A DNA stretch of 63,793 nucleotides, filler included, from Atractiella rhizophila (Eukaryota), in NCBI GenBank assembly GCA_021432655.1. It is 4 parts of 3 records of this genome, joined end to end, with 100 filler letters (N's around TTAATTAATTAA, not from the genome) between each part and the next. Parts side by side here need not be neighbours in the genome. Positions count along the whole stretch, not along the records: positions 1 to 8,527 come from MU271698.1; positions 8,628 to 28,281 come from MU271698.1; 2 more parts are not named here. One strand, 5' to 3'. Within the stretch, counting starts at the first letter, position 1. Every line of letters starts with the position of its first letter. The position numbers and the translations under genes are program-made. The notes beneath the pieces were generated by a model, which had not been told where the DNA came from, searched no databases, and was given only the letters and a program-made list of their open reading frames with translations. Positions 1 to 12,857 of this stretch are shown in pieces.

Positions 1-241
1 GCATTCGCATTTTCACACTTTCCTCATGTATTACGTTTTCACAATTGAGGATAATTGGTTTCCTACTCATTCCAATTAGCTCGCGTCGCAAAAGAAGTGG
101 ACATGGATTTGATATTAACGTCGAAGGGATGGATATTGCAAATAAATGATGCGTAAAATGCAAGGTATGCATAGTGGATATGACTGTATCAAGACTACTC
201 AAGAATCTCTTGATCCCACAAAAGTATTAAGTGCTGGCTCT

Positions 242-1980
242 TCAAGAAGAAGGCTTAGCTTTTTCCTTCCTCCCCACCTCTTTATCCCACACCACCCTCT
301 GCGGTCTTCCCGCTTTCCTCTGATCCTCCTTCTCCATCTCCCTCAACACGCTCTCCACATGTCCTTCCTCCCTCACCTCCGACTTTGAATGCGCGCTCAA
401 GTTTGGATTGAGGTCTACTCCCTTTGGCAAATCCTTTCCCAAATCCATAGCGTCATTCGCCCTCTGAGTGATCCAAGCCTTAGCGAACAGATACAGGTTC
501 TTATCGATCCTCGTATCCCTATCCGGTCTACCCTCCACACCTTCAAACACGTATTCTCGCTTCATCTTCCCCCTCCGATCAGCAGAATAATGGTCCAAAG
601 CCTCCGGCACCCTCTTAGCCAATCTCGCCATCGTCACACGCTTCCTGCTCATCGACCATTCCTCATCGTCCGTCGGCTCGTTCAACATCAAACGGGATTC
701 GCGGCCCCAGGCTGTGTAGGATGAGTTCGAGAGGGAGAGCGCGAGGGGGAGGTTGAGGAGAGGGATGATGCGGGAAACGACGAATTTGCTGGACGTCCGT
801 AGACCGTAGATGTGCGTCAAACCTCCGATTAGCGCTTCGACGGTGGTCCCAGCCACGCGCTTCTCTCCACGGAATTGGTCGTTTGGCGCTTTCTGTTTAT
901 CAAAGAGGTTGGGAGTCAACGAGACGAGACACGAAATGCGAGATGGGAGGGAGGACGTACGACTGCTACCCAACCCATCACGTCGTTTTCAGTCAAGTTC
1001 CACTCTTGCAGACCAACCCTATGACCTAGGAAGGTGGTTTCTGTGAGATAATCGAGAAGGGGAGAATCAAGTCTCATCCCATTCGGGAGGTCGTATTCGT
1101 ACTCCGGTTCCAAAACCACCAGTCCTGGATCTGGGATCTTTTTCGGGTCTTTCCTCTCCTCGATGTTCTCCCTATCCTCCCACCTCCCCTGCTCCTTCAA
1201 CTTGTCCATGAAACCGTTCCAAAATGGTCGACCATGCGAAGCGTAATCCCTGTGTAGATCAGAGACGAGGGAAGAGATTTGGAAGCGGAGAGTCTGTCGT
1301 CCTATCCACTGCAACTGCGAATTATTCTCTCCTTCCTTCGCTCCACCGAGTCCGATTCCGAGGGGACCGAAGAACTTTCTCCTCTCCTCCTCAGTCGCAA
1401 ATTTGGACCGGGCATGCGTCCGCCTCTCCTTCCTGTACTCCGCGAGCTCTCGACCATCCATTCGTCGGAGGGCGAGGGAAAGCGATTTGTGGTCGAGGAT
1501 CTTGGGGACGTACGAAGGGGGGATGGTGAGGGGGGAGACGAGTCGTTGGAGGAAGGCGTGTTGGTGCGTGTGTGGTGGGGAGAAATAGCGAGAACCGCGA
1601 GGCGTGGGTGGGACGGACATCCCATCTCCTTCCTCCGCTTCTCCAACTTCGGTTTGTGTTTGTGCCTCCACCTCTTCCGCCTCAGCGAGGAAATCTTCCG
1701 GAGAATATACGTTGCCTTCCTCGGGGTGTTGCTGGTGTGACGGCGCCGCTCCACCTTGCAATGCCTTGCTGGCACTCACACTCAGAGGTCTCTGCGGTAC
1801 TCCATCTCCGACCTTGCCTTCCGGCAACTGCGACACGTCCCTCTCGATCCCTTCCACGACGTCTCTCCACTCGCTCCTCCTCTCCCTTTCCTCCCTCCTC
1901 CTCAACCCCCTCGCCAACGACCTCGGCACCCGCTTCCTCCCCTCCTGCTCCTGGGACCGTGAGGAGGGAAGTCGACGGAG
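242..1980 (-). CDS. RNase III-like domain mitochondrial large-subunit ribosomal protein (MrpL15/mL57-like); 5' end lost in N gap
   Basis: ORFs 916-1929 and 242-973 join through a GTACGT...TTGAC...CAG intron (~893-960). Degenerate RNase III motifs NSQLQWIGRQTLRF and VAGTTVEALIGGL; Arg-rich N-terminal part. Confidence 0.6.
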
Positions 1981-2759
1981 NNNNNNNNNNNNNNNNNNNN
2001 NNNNNNNNNNNNNNNNNNNNNNNNNNNNNNNNNNNNNNNNNNNNNNNNNNNNNNNNNNNNNNNNNNNNNNNNNNNNNNNNNNNNNNNNNNNNNNNNNNNN
2101 NNNNNNNNNNNNNNNNNNNNNNNNNNNNNNNNNNNNNNNNNNNNNNNNNNNNNNNNNNNNNNNNNNNNNNNNNNNNNNNNNNNNNNNNNNNNNNNNNNNN
2201 NNNNNNNNNNNNNNNNNNNNNNNNNNNNNNNNNNNNNNNNNNNNNNNNNNNNNNNNNNNNNNNNNNNNNNNNNNNNNNNNNNNNNNNNNNNNNNNNNNNN
2301 NNNNNNNNNNNNNNNNNNNNNNNNNNNNNNNNNNNNNNNNNNNNNNNNNNNNNNNNNNNNNNNNNNNNNNNNNNNNNNNNNNNNNNNNNNNNNNNNNNNN
2401 NNNNNNNNNNNNNNNNNNNNNNNNNNNNNNNNNNNNNNNNNNNNNNNNNNNNNNNNNNNNNNNNNNNNNNNNNNNNNNNNNNNNNNNNNNNNNNNNNNNN
2501 NNNNNNNNNNNNNNNNNNNNNNNNNNNNNNNNNNNNNNNNNNNNNNNNNNNNNNNNNNNNNNNNNNNNNNNNNNNNNNNNNNNNNNNNNNNNNNNNNNNN
2601 NNNNNNNNNNNNNNNNNNNNNNNNNNNNNNNNNNNNNNNNNNNNNNNNNNNNNNNNNNNNNNNNNNNNNNNNNNNNNNNNNNNNNNNNNNNNNNNNNNNN
2701 NNNNNNNNNNNNNNNNNNNNNNNNNNNNNNNNNNNNNNNNNNNNNNNNNNNNNNNNNNN

Positions 2760-3400
2760 ATTATAATAACTTACTGTTCGCCCTTTTTATTTCCAGAATA
2801 ATGTTAGTGTACAGATTAACATTAATATAAGTACGCTCCGTAATTGAGCAAGACAGACACTACCAAATAATTCTAACAGCTGTAATTAATTTGGAGTCGG
2901 CACATAAGCAGAGTTCCTGGAGCAAACGTGTCTACTTTCAAGTTCGGTAAAATAATCGGGGGGTTGGCTAGTAGTTTTACAACGCACTTATATCTTGTAA
3001 AGTAAGATAGGCGGAAGCGTTTCTGCTTAACTTATAGTAGAGCTTGCGCGGTTTAATTAGGTGAACTAGATAACCACACTTATTGACACTTAGTTGTAAA
3101 ACCGCAACCTTACCAGCGCAGAAGTCCAAACAAGTCGTGTTAACCGTCTTACCTATCTCTTCGTACGTTGGTGGGTCAAGAGTTTTCTCTATTTTTCTAG
3201 GTTTGTGGTGTTTACTTTTTTATTTTCTTTCTTGTATGGAGACTTGTAGTCGCGTGGAGACGGGATTAGGGAGGGGTGGGTGGGCAAACAGAGGTTTAGT
3301 TTCTTGAGGAGGGTGGGGCGAGGAAGGAGGTCAGATAACCACATACAAGCATTCACAGACTGACTACATCCTCGCTCTCCGAAGTAGGGAGACACCCGCT
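2760..3400. other. Probable mirrored (reversed, not complemented) block next to N gap
   Basis: TA/AC/GT-rich composition. Read backwards it gives a coding-like stretch (MKPLAPTSVRHLRTYTNRLEEGAGWEEFFDLETNGW) and a GTATGT...CACAG intron. No recognisable protein to anchor it, so the boundary is approximate. Confidence 0.55.
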
Positions 3401-3481
3401 CATTGCCTCAATGTTCCGCCTCATTATTCCAGCTCGCCTTTCTGAGTTAAAACTCTACTAACTGTTTCTTCCAGCGACATC

Positions 3482-4951
3482 ATGGGTGCCGCTCAACATC
3501 TCCAAACCCTTCAAAAGCACATGGACTCTCTCTACGAGCTTCTAGAAAGCATCCTCTCCCATGCAGAAACGGCATTACAACGACGTTCTAAAGCGAGCGG
3601 CTCAGAAGAGGATGCAGGGACGGCTGAGCTCATGAACAAGGGATTGGAATTTTGGATACGCGATTTGCGAATATGCGAGAGGGATATGGTCTCTGTTTGG
3701 CTGGGGACGGATCGACCGATGGAGGGAGGAATGAAGGAATGTAGTAATCTGATGCGCCAGGTCATGGAGACTACCGATGATGTTAGTCTTTCTTTGTCGT
3801 GTTTCCTGGAATAATTGGCAAACGATAGGTCCTGAGAAGGGGCCCAAATTATTACGTCTCTATCCTCCTTGACGTGGATGAGCCAGTAGAACATGCAGAT
3901 GCGGAGGAAGCAGTTGAGGATCAAGTCGCCTCTTCGTCCAACTTGAAAGTCAACGGCGGTCTGACGGAAGAAGAAGCGCTACAACGCGCCATCAACTTGA
4001 GCCTGGGAACCGAAATGGACGAAACTGAGTTAGTAGGCGAGGTCCGTAACACCGCAATGTTTTCTTGCCTTTCTCTGACAATCTTGTTCTCAGTCCTCCC
4101 ACTCGCATCTAACTCCTCAACCTCTACCCCCATCACCAGACCGACATCAACCGATCGAGTCTACCGCAACCTCGCAATCCTCTCCTCTCAATCCTTCTTC
4201 GTTGCCCCCTCATTCTGATGCTCATCTCAGTCCCAACCGTAATCTTCGAACCGCCTCATCTCCGCGAAAGGTTCATGAGATAGGTCGTCCCGACATTTCA
4301 CAGGACTACCTTTCCTCCCCTCAAGCCCTTCGATCACACATGGAAACCGCCTCCTTTCTCAAACTCCCACCCAGTTCGTCTCCCGCAGAGATTCAAAAGG
4401 TCGCTCAAGCAGAGCTTCAAAAGAGCAAAGTTGAGCTCGAAATGCTCAAGAGCCGTCGAGCTCACGCCCACACATCCAATGGCTCAATGACGGACCCTCG
4501 TCCGACTCGAGCGACCACAGAGGATAAAGATAAAGACGTCTTTGGCCCTCGAACCGTTCTCTCTCGACCTCCACGGCCGCCGACGAAACATCATAACTTC
4601 TTTGTTCACCCATCGACCGTCGAGGCGAAGGGAAAGGGGAAGGGGAAGTCGTTGCTTAATTCAGAGGAGAAGGCTGCCCGACTCGGTGTGCCTGCAGAGC
4701 CTGAAACGCCGACAAATGTGAGGGTGGCGGATTTGTTGGGGAGCGGGAGGATCACGGGTTCGCTCAGGCCCAATCCGCACAGTCAAGCTAGTCGGCGAAA
4801 GTATGACACGCCGGATGGATCGCCTGCAGGAGCAGGAGAGCGCAAACGTTCCCGACCTCGAAAGGAAGACAACTCCGATTCAGAACTGGAGGGGCCAAGC
4901 AAGAAAAGATCACCCCTACTACCTTCACCTCATCTTACAGATGCATCTTGA
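3482..4951 (+). CDS. Hypothetical multi-exon protein with ubiquitin-interacting-motif-like segment
   Basis: ORFs 3482-3814, 3874-4218 and 4202-4951 with GT-AG introns between them. TEEEALQRAINLSL resembles a UIM; basic, low-complexity C-terminus. Confidence 0.55.
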
Positions 4952-5105
4952 GTTTTGAAAAAAGTTTCATGTTAGGTACTTCAAAGCGGATTGGTTTATA
5001 ATATGAGTAATATGTACTTTGTCCTGGACAACATTGTGATAGAATACAAGACCTACAGCTTGGATAATCCACAAGACAAACCTATGTTACTAGTCACTTC
5101 GAGTG

Positions 5106-8100
5106 CTACTGTTGCTGAATTGCTCCATCAAGATAACCTCGTAAAATGAACAGTACTGAAAGAAGCACGAAAGACCACAACTGCACTGGGCACTGATCTT
5201 TCTTACGATAAAGAAGTTGGAATGGACATAGAAGGAGGAGCATCAGAATGCGACGTTGGAAGTTCTGTACGGCCGCTGAAGACGTCAAGGTCCATTCCCT
5301 CGAGCTGATTTGTATTGTCAGACCAAGTGAAGAACCCATCGAAGCTATCCCACAGATCAGCATCTCGGTGAAGTGATGGAGTCGGAAGAAACGCACCCTC
5401 TCGACACAAGTATAGAATCAAAAAATCCGGAATCAGACAAGAAAGCATCAAGCGATTCACCTCCATTTACGCCATTCAGGACTCTCGAAGGAGTCTCCAA
5501 TCCAGTTCCCGATCCATTGACATAAGGCCACGACGAAGGTTGGGCAAACCCAGTATTGTATCCAAGATTGGGGTCTTCTCCCGGCGTGCGTTCCGGTCGC
5601 GGAGTGGAAGGCATACTGAAAGGATTGAGGAGAGCAGGGTTAGCGAAAGTTTGTTGACTGTCGGTCTGCATACGAAGAGTGTCGTTCGAAGCTCGACGAG
5701 AAAGTGCTTGACCAGTTTTCATGGCTCTCCACGACGCCAGCAAGGCTTTAAGCATGACCTGTATCGTGCCAGCAGCATGATGAGGGGACACAGTGGCGCC
5801 TTGACAATCGTCGATTGCTTGAAGGAGGAGTCGGAGGAGCTCGTCGTCATCCACCAATTGGGCGAAGCGGGAGTTAGAGACCTTGACTTTGAGCAGGAAG
5901 ACGGCGGAATAGAGGACATAGAGGAAGTTCACATCTGGGGTATAGGTGAGGACGCCGAGTTTAGCATAAGCGTGTGCGAGGTTCAAAGATTCCTTTGCGC
6001 TCATGATGCACACCGCAACGCAATCGGGATCCTCCGCAGTCTCTACGTTTCGAAGCATTACTTGGAGAGGAAAGGTGTTGAGGATGCTGCTTCGCGTGCT
6101 CACGAAGCAGTTAACATAAGCCCTCCCCCTTTGGAGAGAGCTTAGGCATGTCCGAACATACGAATAATGGCGGACCACGAGCAGGGGCTTTGTTTTGCCT
6201 ACCCTCTTGGCTGGAGTCGCTCGAACCAATATAAAACCCTACCGCCAGGCTTACCCCTACCTTAATCCTGAGAAAGCTGGAGGGTCGAAATGCCTTCCGT
6301 CTGGCCTCGACTTTATACCACAACAGTTTCCAGGGGTTCGCACCTTGACAGACTTCCTGCAACACTCACTTCTACACGTCTCTCTCCGCAACTTATCTCT
6401 CTCCTGTACCCATCGGCGAAAAATAACACCTAGCCATCGCGCAGAAGCAAAGGGGAGTTTCCTACGTTGAATATTTAGGACTGCACTACTTACCTGTCGT
6501 ACCGTCGTCGCTACCCTGCTGGCATAGTTTATGTACTACATTTTGGGCAATACTAGGGATGGGTAGGCGAGTAAAGAGGGGAACTGGAGCCGGAGTAGCG
6601 AGTGTGGCTTGACGTTAGCTAGTACCCTGTTCACTACCTGTGGAAAGCACTAGCTTAGATACCGCACGGTCTTCGCTTGCTGCTCTACGGAAGCTGCCAC
6701 CACTACTTCGAAAAGTTAAGATCTTACCTGCTTACCTTCTACGCGACCCAGGGGCCAGTAAGGTGTCTTGGCTATAGAAGGTTGGAGGAGAAGATGAAGA
6801 TATTGAGGTTTGAGANNNNNNNNNNNNNNNNNNNNNNNNNNNNNNNNNNNNNNNNNNNNNNNNNNNNNNNNNNNNNNNNNNNNNNNNNNNNNNNNNNNNN
6901 NNNNNNNNNNNNNNNNNNNNNNNNNNNNNNNNNNNNNNNNNNNNNNNNNNNNNNNNNNNNNNNNNNNNNNNNNNNNNNNNNNNNNNNNNNNNNNNNNNNN
7001 NNNNNNNNNNNNNNNNNNNNNNNNNNNNNNNNNNNNNNNNNNNNNNNNNNNNNNNNNNNNNNNNNNNNNNNNNNNNNNNNNNNNNNNNNNNNNNNNNNNN
7101 NNNNNNNNNNNNNNNNNNNNNNNNNNNNNNNNNNNNNNNNNNNNNNNNNNNNNNNNNNNNNNNNNNNNNNNNNNNNNNNNNNNNNNNNNNNNNNNNNNNN
7201 NNNNNNNNNNNNNNNNNNNNNNNNNNNNNNNNNNNNNNNNNNNNNNNNNNNNNNNNNNNNNNNNNNNNNNNNNNNNNNNNNNNNNNNNNNNNNNNNNNNN
7301 NNNNNNNNNNNNNNNNNNNNNNNNNNNNNNNNNNNNNNNNNNNACTCTTTCTCTTCTAAAGCTCTGAAAGATAAATCCACCGGCTTGGCGATCTTACTGT
7401 GGGAGGGGGAGGTTAGGCTTAGGTTGTTTGAGTTTAAGTGTTGGCTGGAAGCGAGCACTAGGAGGAGGTGGGAGAAATCGAGGCTCGCGACCTAGGTAGC
7501 TCGGTCAAAGTTTCTTTGCATTCGAGCTCCGCTACCTGCAGTATGGGGAGGGAGGAGGTGGGTAGGGGCAGAGTCGAGGAGAGTGGAGAGTCCGATAGTA
7601 AAGTGCTCCTTAGTGATGAGGTTACTAGTTAGGAATGGTCGCCAGCTCACGTGACGAACTAGTCCGAGTCCGAGTCCACGGCGGTCCGTGCTCGTATAAC
7701 TTGTACTGTCACGGTGTGCTCTTCCTTCTACCACGACCCCCCTGCGGCTTCCAATTATCTAGGAGGTTTCGCACGAACAGCACATCTTTCAACTTTCACT
7801 CGTAGAGTAGAACGTTTTCATTACCAGCAACCTACCCACTAAAACAACTACGCTAAACTGTCTGGTTTACACTTCCTCGCCTGTTAGGTGGAACATCCTC
7901 CACATCTCGACCCTTAGTGCTGACGCAGAAGCAGCTCAGGTTCGCACCCTTTGCTGGACGCTTTTTCGGCTGCCTAGAGGGCTTACCGTGTTCAGGTTGA
8001 CACTGTGGTCGTGTTTGTGTTCTTTTTGAATTTAACAACCTCTTGTGAAACGTTCGACAGTAGGTCTGCGACGTCTGCCCCTGCTATGGCCTACTTTTCT

Positions 8101-8150
8101 GAGACCTCTCGAACTTTTTAATAAGCTGGGCTAACTTGCTCAGCAGTTCA
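5106..8150 (-). CDS. Zn(II)2Cys6 fungal transcription factor with middle-homology region; N-terminal and middle exons lie in mirrored blocks
   Basis: Native minus-strand exons 5106-6162 (ILNTFPLQ...FLYVLYSAVFLLKVK). The complement of 7395-8150 read left to right gives MTPSPSN...RSSKACLSCRKLK|TKCEGADNPPCRRCRAGNHDCVF. The complement of 6163-6815 gives RAWLYFGMAVRMGMELGL...LNRERTW...MGRPY...FYFYNSKL. Confidence 0.9.
6163..6815. other. Mirrored block A (TF middle exons)
   Basis: Its complement translates as the TF MHR domain. The end AAACTCT joins native C|GTATGT intron...CAG|CATC, giving KLSILNTFP in frame. Confidence 0.92.
7344..8150. other. Mirrored block B (TF Zn2Cys6 exons)
   Basis: The complement gives ATG at 7395, a six-Cys cluster at ~7773-7925 and a GTGAGC...GACAG intron. 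Right boundary approximate. Confidence 0.9.
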
Positions 8151-8527
8151 CCACGGACACTGAAGTTCAGGTCCCGTCTCGTAAGAGCCAGAGAGCGGGG
8201 TCAACCCGTCATGGAGAAGAGAGGAGCGTGGAGGATCCCCGGACCAAGCTGGGCTGCGTGATTGCAGAAGAAATGTGGGGAATGTCTGTTCCAACGATCA
8301 TCATGACAAAGGCAAGTGAGACACCATCGACCATTCTCTCAGAAGGAAAACACGAAAAAAGGCGAAAGACGGAAGGGCTTACAATTTTACTTTCCTGCTT
8401 TTATTCACGTCTTGAAGGCTTTGACAATCCCCGGACTGTGGATGGTCAGGCAATCTGGGGAAATTACGTGCCGTTGTGGTTGGAGCTCGTGAAGACGGTA
8501 AACGTTAACGGTAAACTTGGTCGAGTG

Positions 8528-8627
8528 NNNNNNNNNNNNNNNNNNNNNNNNNNNNNNNNNNNNNNNNNNNNTTAATTAATTAANNNNNNNNNNNNNNNNN
8601 NNNNNNNNNNNNNNNNNNNNNNNNNNN
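8528..8627. other. Artificial contig linker N44-TTAATTAATTAA-N44
   Basis: Exact 100-bp spacer with stops in all six frames; identical copies at 28282-28381 and 59579-59678. Confidence 0.95.
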
Positions 8628-9391
8628 CGCTGACGAATGGTCATGCAGTGCGGCAGCAGTGAGAATCGGCAACTGCATGGGTGCAGGATTCGGAAATATG
8701 GCACGTTCAACGAGTGCGTGTTATACTTTGCTCACGACAGAATGAGTGACAGAATGACACTGAGTATAGGTCGAATTGTCATCTTGTTGGCAGCTGGAGC
8801 TTCAGCTATCAACTCCGTGTGGATGTTTTTACTCAGAAATAAGTGGGGATATCTATTCACTGGCGATTTGCCTGTCATCGAACTCGTTGGAAGCATCCTA
8901 CCGCTGGTACGCTATAAACTTAACCATCATATCACTTCGAAGCTATCAATATCTGATGTCACATCCAGGTTGCCGCCTTTCAACTCGCCGATGGGGTTAC
9001 GGGAGCCTGGTCCGTCATCCCTTCTCTGTAATGTTTAGGATTTTGTGTGAATTTGGACTACAGCATGGGTGTTTTGCGAGGTATAGGACGACAGAACATT
9101 GGCGCAGCCATCAACTTCGGTTCGGTCCCTCTCCTTGCACTCATCTCTTCTGGTACTGATGTTCGGTCTCATACAGTTGCTTATTACGTCGTCGGTCTTC
9201 CGTTGGCATTCTATTTTGCGTTTTCGAGCCTGCAAATGGGCTTGATTGGACTCTGGACGGGATGCACGGTTGCCCTTTTTGGGACCATGATCCTCAGCGT
9301 ATATTTCATTGAGAGGGCGGATTGGGAGAAGGAAGTACGACGGGCACAAGAGAACTTGGCTATTGGCAAAACAAACCCCAGTCATGCTTGA
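8628..9391 (+). CDS. MATE family efflux transporter, 3' fragment
   Basis: Exons give AVRIGNCMGAG, RNKWGYLFTGDLPVIELVGSILPL, GVLRGIGRQNIGAAINF|VAYYVVGLPLAFYFAF...GLIGLWTG...DWEKEVRRAQ. Confidence 0.9.
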
Positions 9392-10236
9392 AACGATTTA
9401 TTTGGAGGGACATTGACAAAAGTATGGCTAAACAAATCAACATCTTTGGCTAGTACTAGTATCAGTTCTGTTTCAGCAGTTCAGTATAGTACTTGTTATG
9501 TTTTGTAATTTATTTATTCAAGAAAACAAGGCATGGGCTGGTCACCTGGTAACAATAAGTCAAAATCACGTGAGGCATCGGACACCGCCATTCGGCCTTA
9601 CCTGCCTTGGATGTTTACCTTGTTTCCCTGTTTCAGACGCGTGTCAAATTTTCACCTCCAACGACCACCTCTGCTCAACAAAAGGCAGGACAAAAGGGTG
9701 GGACACAAGCAGGATACAAGGCCTTCAGGACACATTCCTCGACGATTATTGTTATGCAGAACGTAAAAACGCGACTCTTCACGAACTCATCCTTCTAACT
9801 TATCACCATCACATTCATCACAATTTTTATCACTAACGAATCAGAATCAGAAATCCTGGCCAAACCAACTTTGTTGAGCAAATACGGGTTGCAAAACTTG
9901 CAGTTGTCGCCGAAGAGGACTCGGAAAATCATCAGAAGGGACGAAGGTGACGGGTTGAAAGGCAACACGCTGCGGCCGCCAGGACAAGGGAGATTGGGAG
10001 TGCGAAAATCTTTCGATTGGGCAGTAGATAAGGTGAGCATCTTCTTTTATATCTCTTCATACCCCACGAGAATATCTTTACGTTGCATGAGACTTTTGTC
10101 CGGCACACACTCATCTTGAACAATTGCTTTTTATCACGACAACATTTAACAGACGATGGAACGTCTGTTTTTGCGTTCGAGCTTTGTGTCGAGATAACAA
10201 TCAAAGAAAAACTCGCTAATATTCACTCAAACGCGA

Positions 10237-12470
10237 ATGCAGTTCCTCTTGCGTACCAACAACACCGCTTCGAACGCGAACGCGACCATTACGCCAGCCA
10301 CGGCCAGCAACAACAACTCCAACACTATCACGCGCAGCCGTCGTGCCCGTTCTTCTTTACCTCCTCCTTCCTCATCTCCATCAGGAATGGAAGAGCTCAA
10401 AGACTTGGATTCTACTCCTTCACATGGTCGCACCGATTCTCTCGCTTCCGTGTCAAATGAGACCGTGCGACCAACTTGGAATCGAAACGACGAGCAAACC
10501 CCGCCGCCCATTGAAATCAATTCTCCAAACGCAAAGCAAACGCCCAGGTCCCCACAAGAACAGGAGGCTTGGTTGGCAAAGTGGAGGGATCCCGAGCCAG
10601 TCCGGCCTGCACAAGCCCAAAGGCAGAGGAGGGAAGCTACCTCAAACAGCGCCGCCACGAACACCACAACAGATATGGATGTCTTCAGCTATCGAGGTCC
10701 TCCAAAGAGCCAAAGGCGGCCTATCACAATGACCAACGGTAAAATCCCAAAAATGCCTCGGACTGGAATCTTATGTCAAGGGACTGTGGACGGAGAAGGG
10801 TTAGAGGAACATCTGGCTCGCTGCGAGTTTCTGAAGTGCGCGATTTCCATCGTTTTAAATTCCTGTGCTGATTCATGCCCTAGATGCTCATATGTGAATG
10901 TCGGATACGACTTTGAAGCTTTCAAAGCCAATGTCCTGAAGGCGTTAGAAGGAGACTGTCCTTTCGAATCTTCCTCGGGAGACGGAAAGTTGGTTTGTAA
11001 ATCTATCGCGCTCACGGGAGACGAGGACGCCTGTCCACATCGAAAATGTTTTTTCTTCGCTCTCGGATGCGTTTTCATGGGTTCGAAAGAAGAGGTCTTT
11101 GAGCACGTGCTCAACAAATGTCCTGTGTTTCTCTTGGGTGGTGCGTTGTCTCAACCGCTTCAGCCTTGCCGCCGTGTTTTCTGATTTACAAGGCAGGTAC
11201 CATTGCGGATCTACAAGACCAAGTGACGTCTCGCGATTCTCACATCCACAAGCTCACGCGCACAATCTCCAATCTCGAGCGTCAATTATCCCGCCTCTCC
11301 ATCCAACAGCAACATGAGTCTGAGAGAAGCGATGCTTCGAGCATAGATTCCCCAACGGAACTGCCGAAAGTTCAACTCCAGACTGCAGCTTCCCACGAGT
11401 CCTTGGGTCTTGGTGTGCCACCTCATCTACCAACCAGCATCTCAAAGGAGTCGCTCTGCGACTTGACAGCGGGATACGGCTCAGTGTCATACAAACACTC
11501 CTCCGCCCTCAATCCCAACTCTAATCTTCTCCTCTCACCAACACGACAACGGTCTTTCCTGAAGAAGACTTTGACGTTTTTGTCCCGCAAAAAGTCTACA
11601 GACATCCTTTCTTCCTCCTCTGAAAACTCCTCCTCTCTCAATATCGCTACAATGGGAAATGGGGAAGGACCATTGAGAAGCCCTTCGAAGCGGTCATCAA
11701 CGATGAGACACGACCACCTTCTTCCGACAACGAAGAAGAGGAGGGTTACACCGCCAACTCTGATGTTCTCCGCTTCACACTCAAACCTCAAAGATAAAGC
11801 AACGACTATTTCGGCCTCCTCAGCTTCAGCTTCCACTCGTATCCCTCCCACGGGCACGACAAGGCGGCGAAAGGGCTTGGAAGACATCTTTCCAGGAACT
11901 GTCATCCCTTCTTCCTCTCGTTCTCAATCACCTCCCCCACCACGCACTCGATCCCCTATGCCTCGAGCTCAGTCTCCTCTACCGCGAGCTCAGTCCCCTG
12001 TACCACGACGTCCTCAATCCCCACGACCTCACGACCCCACTCTGATACCTGACATGGAGCCAATAGAGGAGCAAGGGCAAGAACTCTCCATCTCATCCCA
12101 ACCCGTCTTCCTAGTCTCACCCAACGCGACGATCTCGAGGTCGACCTTCCTGCCGCCGCTCTCCCCCATTGCGTCAGACTCTGGATCATCCTTCCGCTCT
12201 GTCTCCTCATCCACTGCTGTGAGCTTCGAGACTGAGCATAGTAACCGCCATGGCACGCCAGCCACCAGCCACCATTCTTCGTCTCAACATTCATCGCCTT
12301 ACCTAGATGACGAGGATGCGAGTGTAACTGCGCGCGGTTCCAGCTCGTCTTTCGAGACGGCGGTCAGTTCCCAAACAATCTTGGCCGTGGGAGTGAAGAG
12401 CAAAGCGATGAGACGATTCCCATCCCTGAATGGAGAAGAAGAACAAGAGGTTGTCGGCCTTCACCTTTAA
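10237..12470 (+). CDS. Hypothetical protein with TRAF-type zinc-finger-like Cys/His region, coiled coil and Ser/Pro-rich tail; may have an upstream exon at ~9870-10032
   Basis: LEEHLARCEFLK|CSYVNVG and CPHRKCFFFALGCVFMGSKEEVFEHVLNKCP; intron ~11142-11196; long ORF 11118-12470 with PRAQSP repeats. Confidence 0.6.
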
Positions 12471-12857
12471 AAGGCATTTTCTTGAATTGAGTCTAAGTTT
12501 GGTTCAGTTTGTTTTCGGTTCAACGTTGGAAGTTTGGTCGATACAGGTAGTTGGGTATCGTTTCGAGTTTCGCCTCCGTCTTTCATGAGTCTTGAACAAA
12601 CTGGCCGCCGTTTTTTGGTCTACTTCAGTTGGTTTTCACTGCATTCTCTTCGTTCTCAAAAAATTCCATCCTACCATTCTTCCACTTCAACATCCACTCA
12701 AAGACTTGTTTTAGTACACAATTTCTCCCCATTCCTCTTGAGCTCTCTTCCTTATGAAGATAAATAACGATATTCTGTACGTTACGGTAAATAGCGATGA
12801 CATTATTGTGCAATGATTTATCTTAGTAGTATCGAACAAATAATATAGGAACCTGCC

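Noticed and set aside
890..975. Apparent frameshift between ORFs 916-1929 and 242-973
   Set aside because: Explained by a canonical GTACGT...CAG intron.
1572..2830. Long ORFs running through N gaps (also 6677-7495 and 36923-38468)
   Set aside because: Their length comes from X codons across unknown bases.
8461..8527. Possible additional short mirrored stretch before the first linker
   Set aside because: Composition is suggestive, but there is no coding anchor to prove it.
8572..8583. TTAATTAATTAA palindrome as a regulatory site or repeat
   Set aside because: Centred in a fixed 100-bp N spacer three times; an artificial linker.
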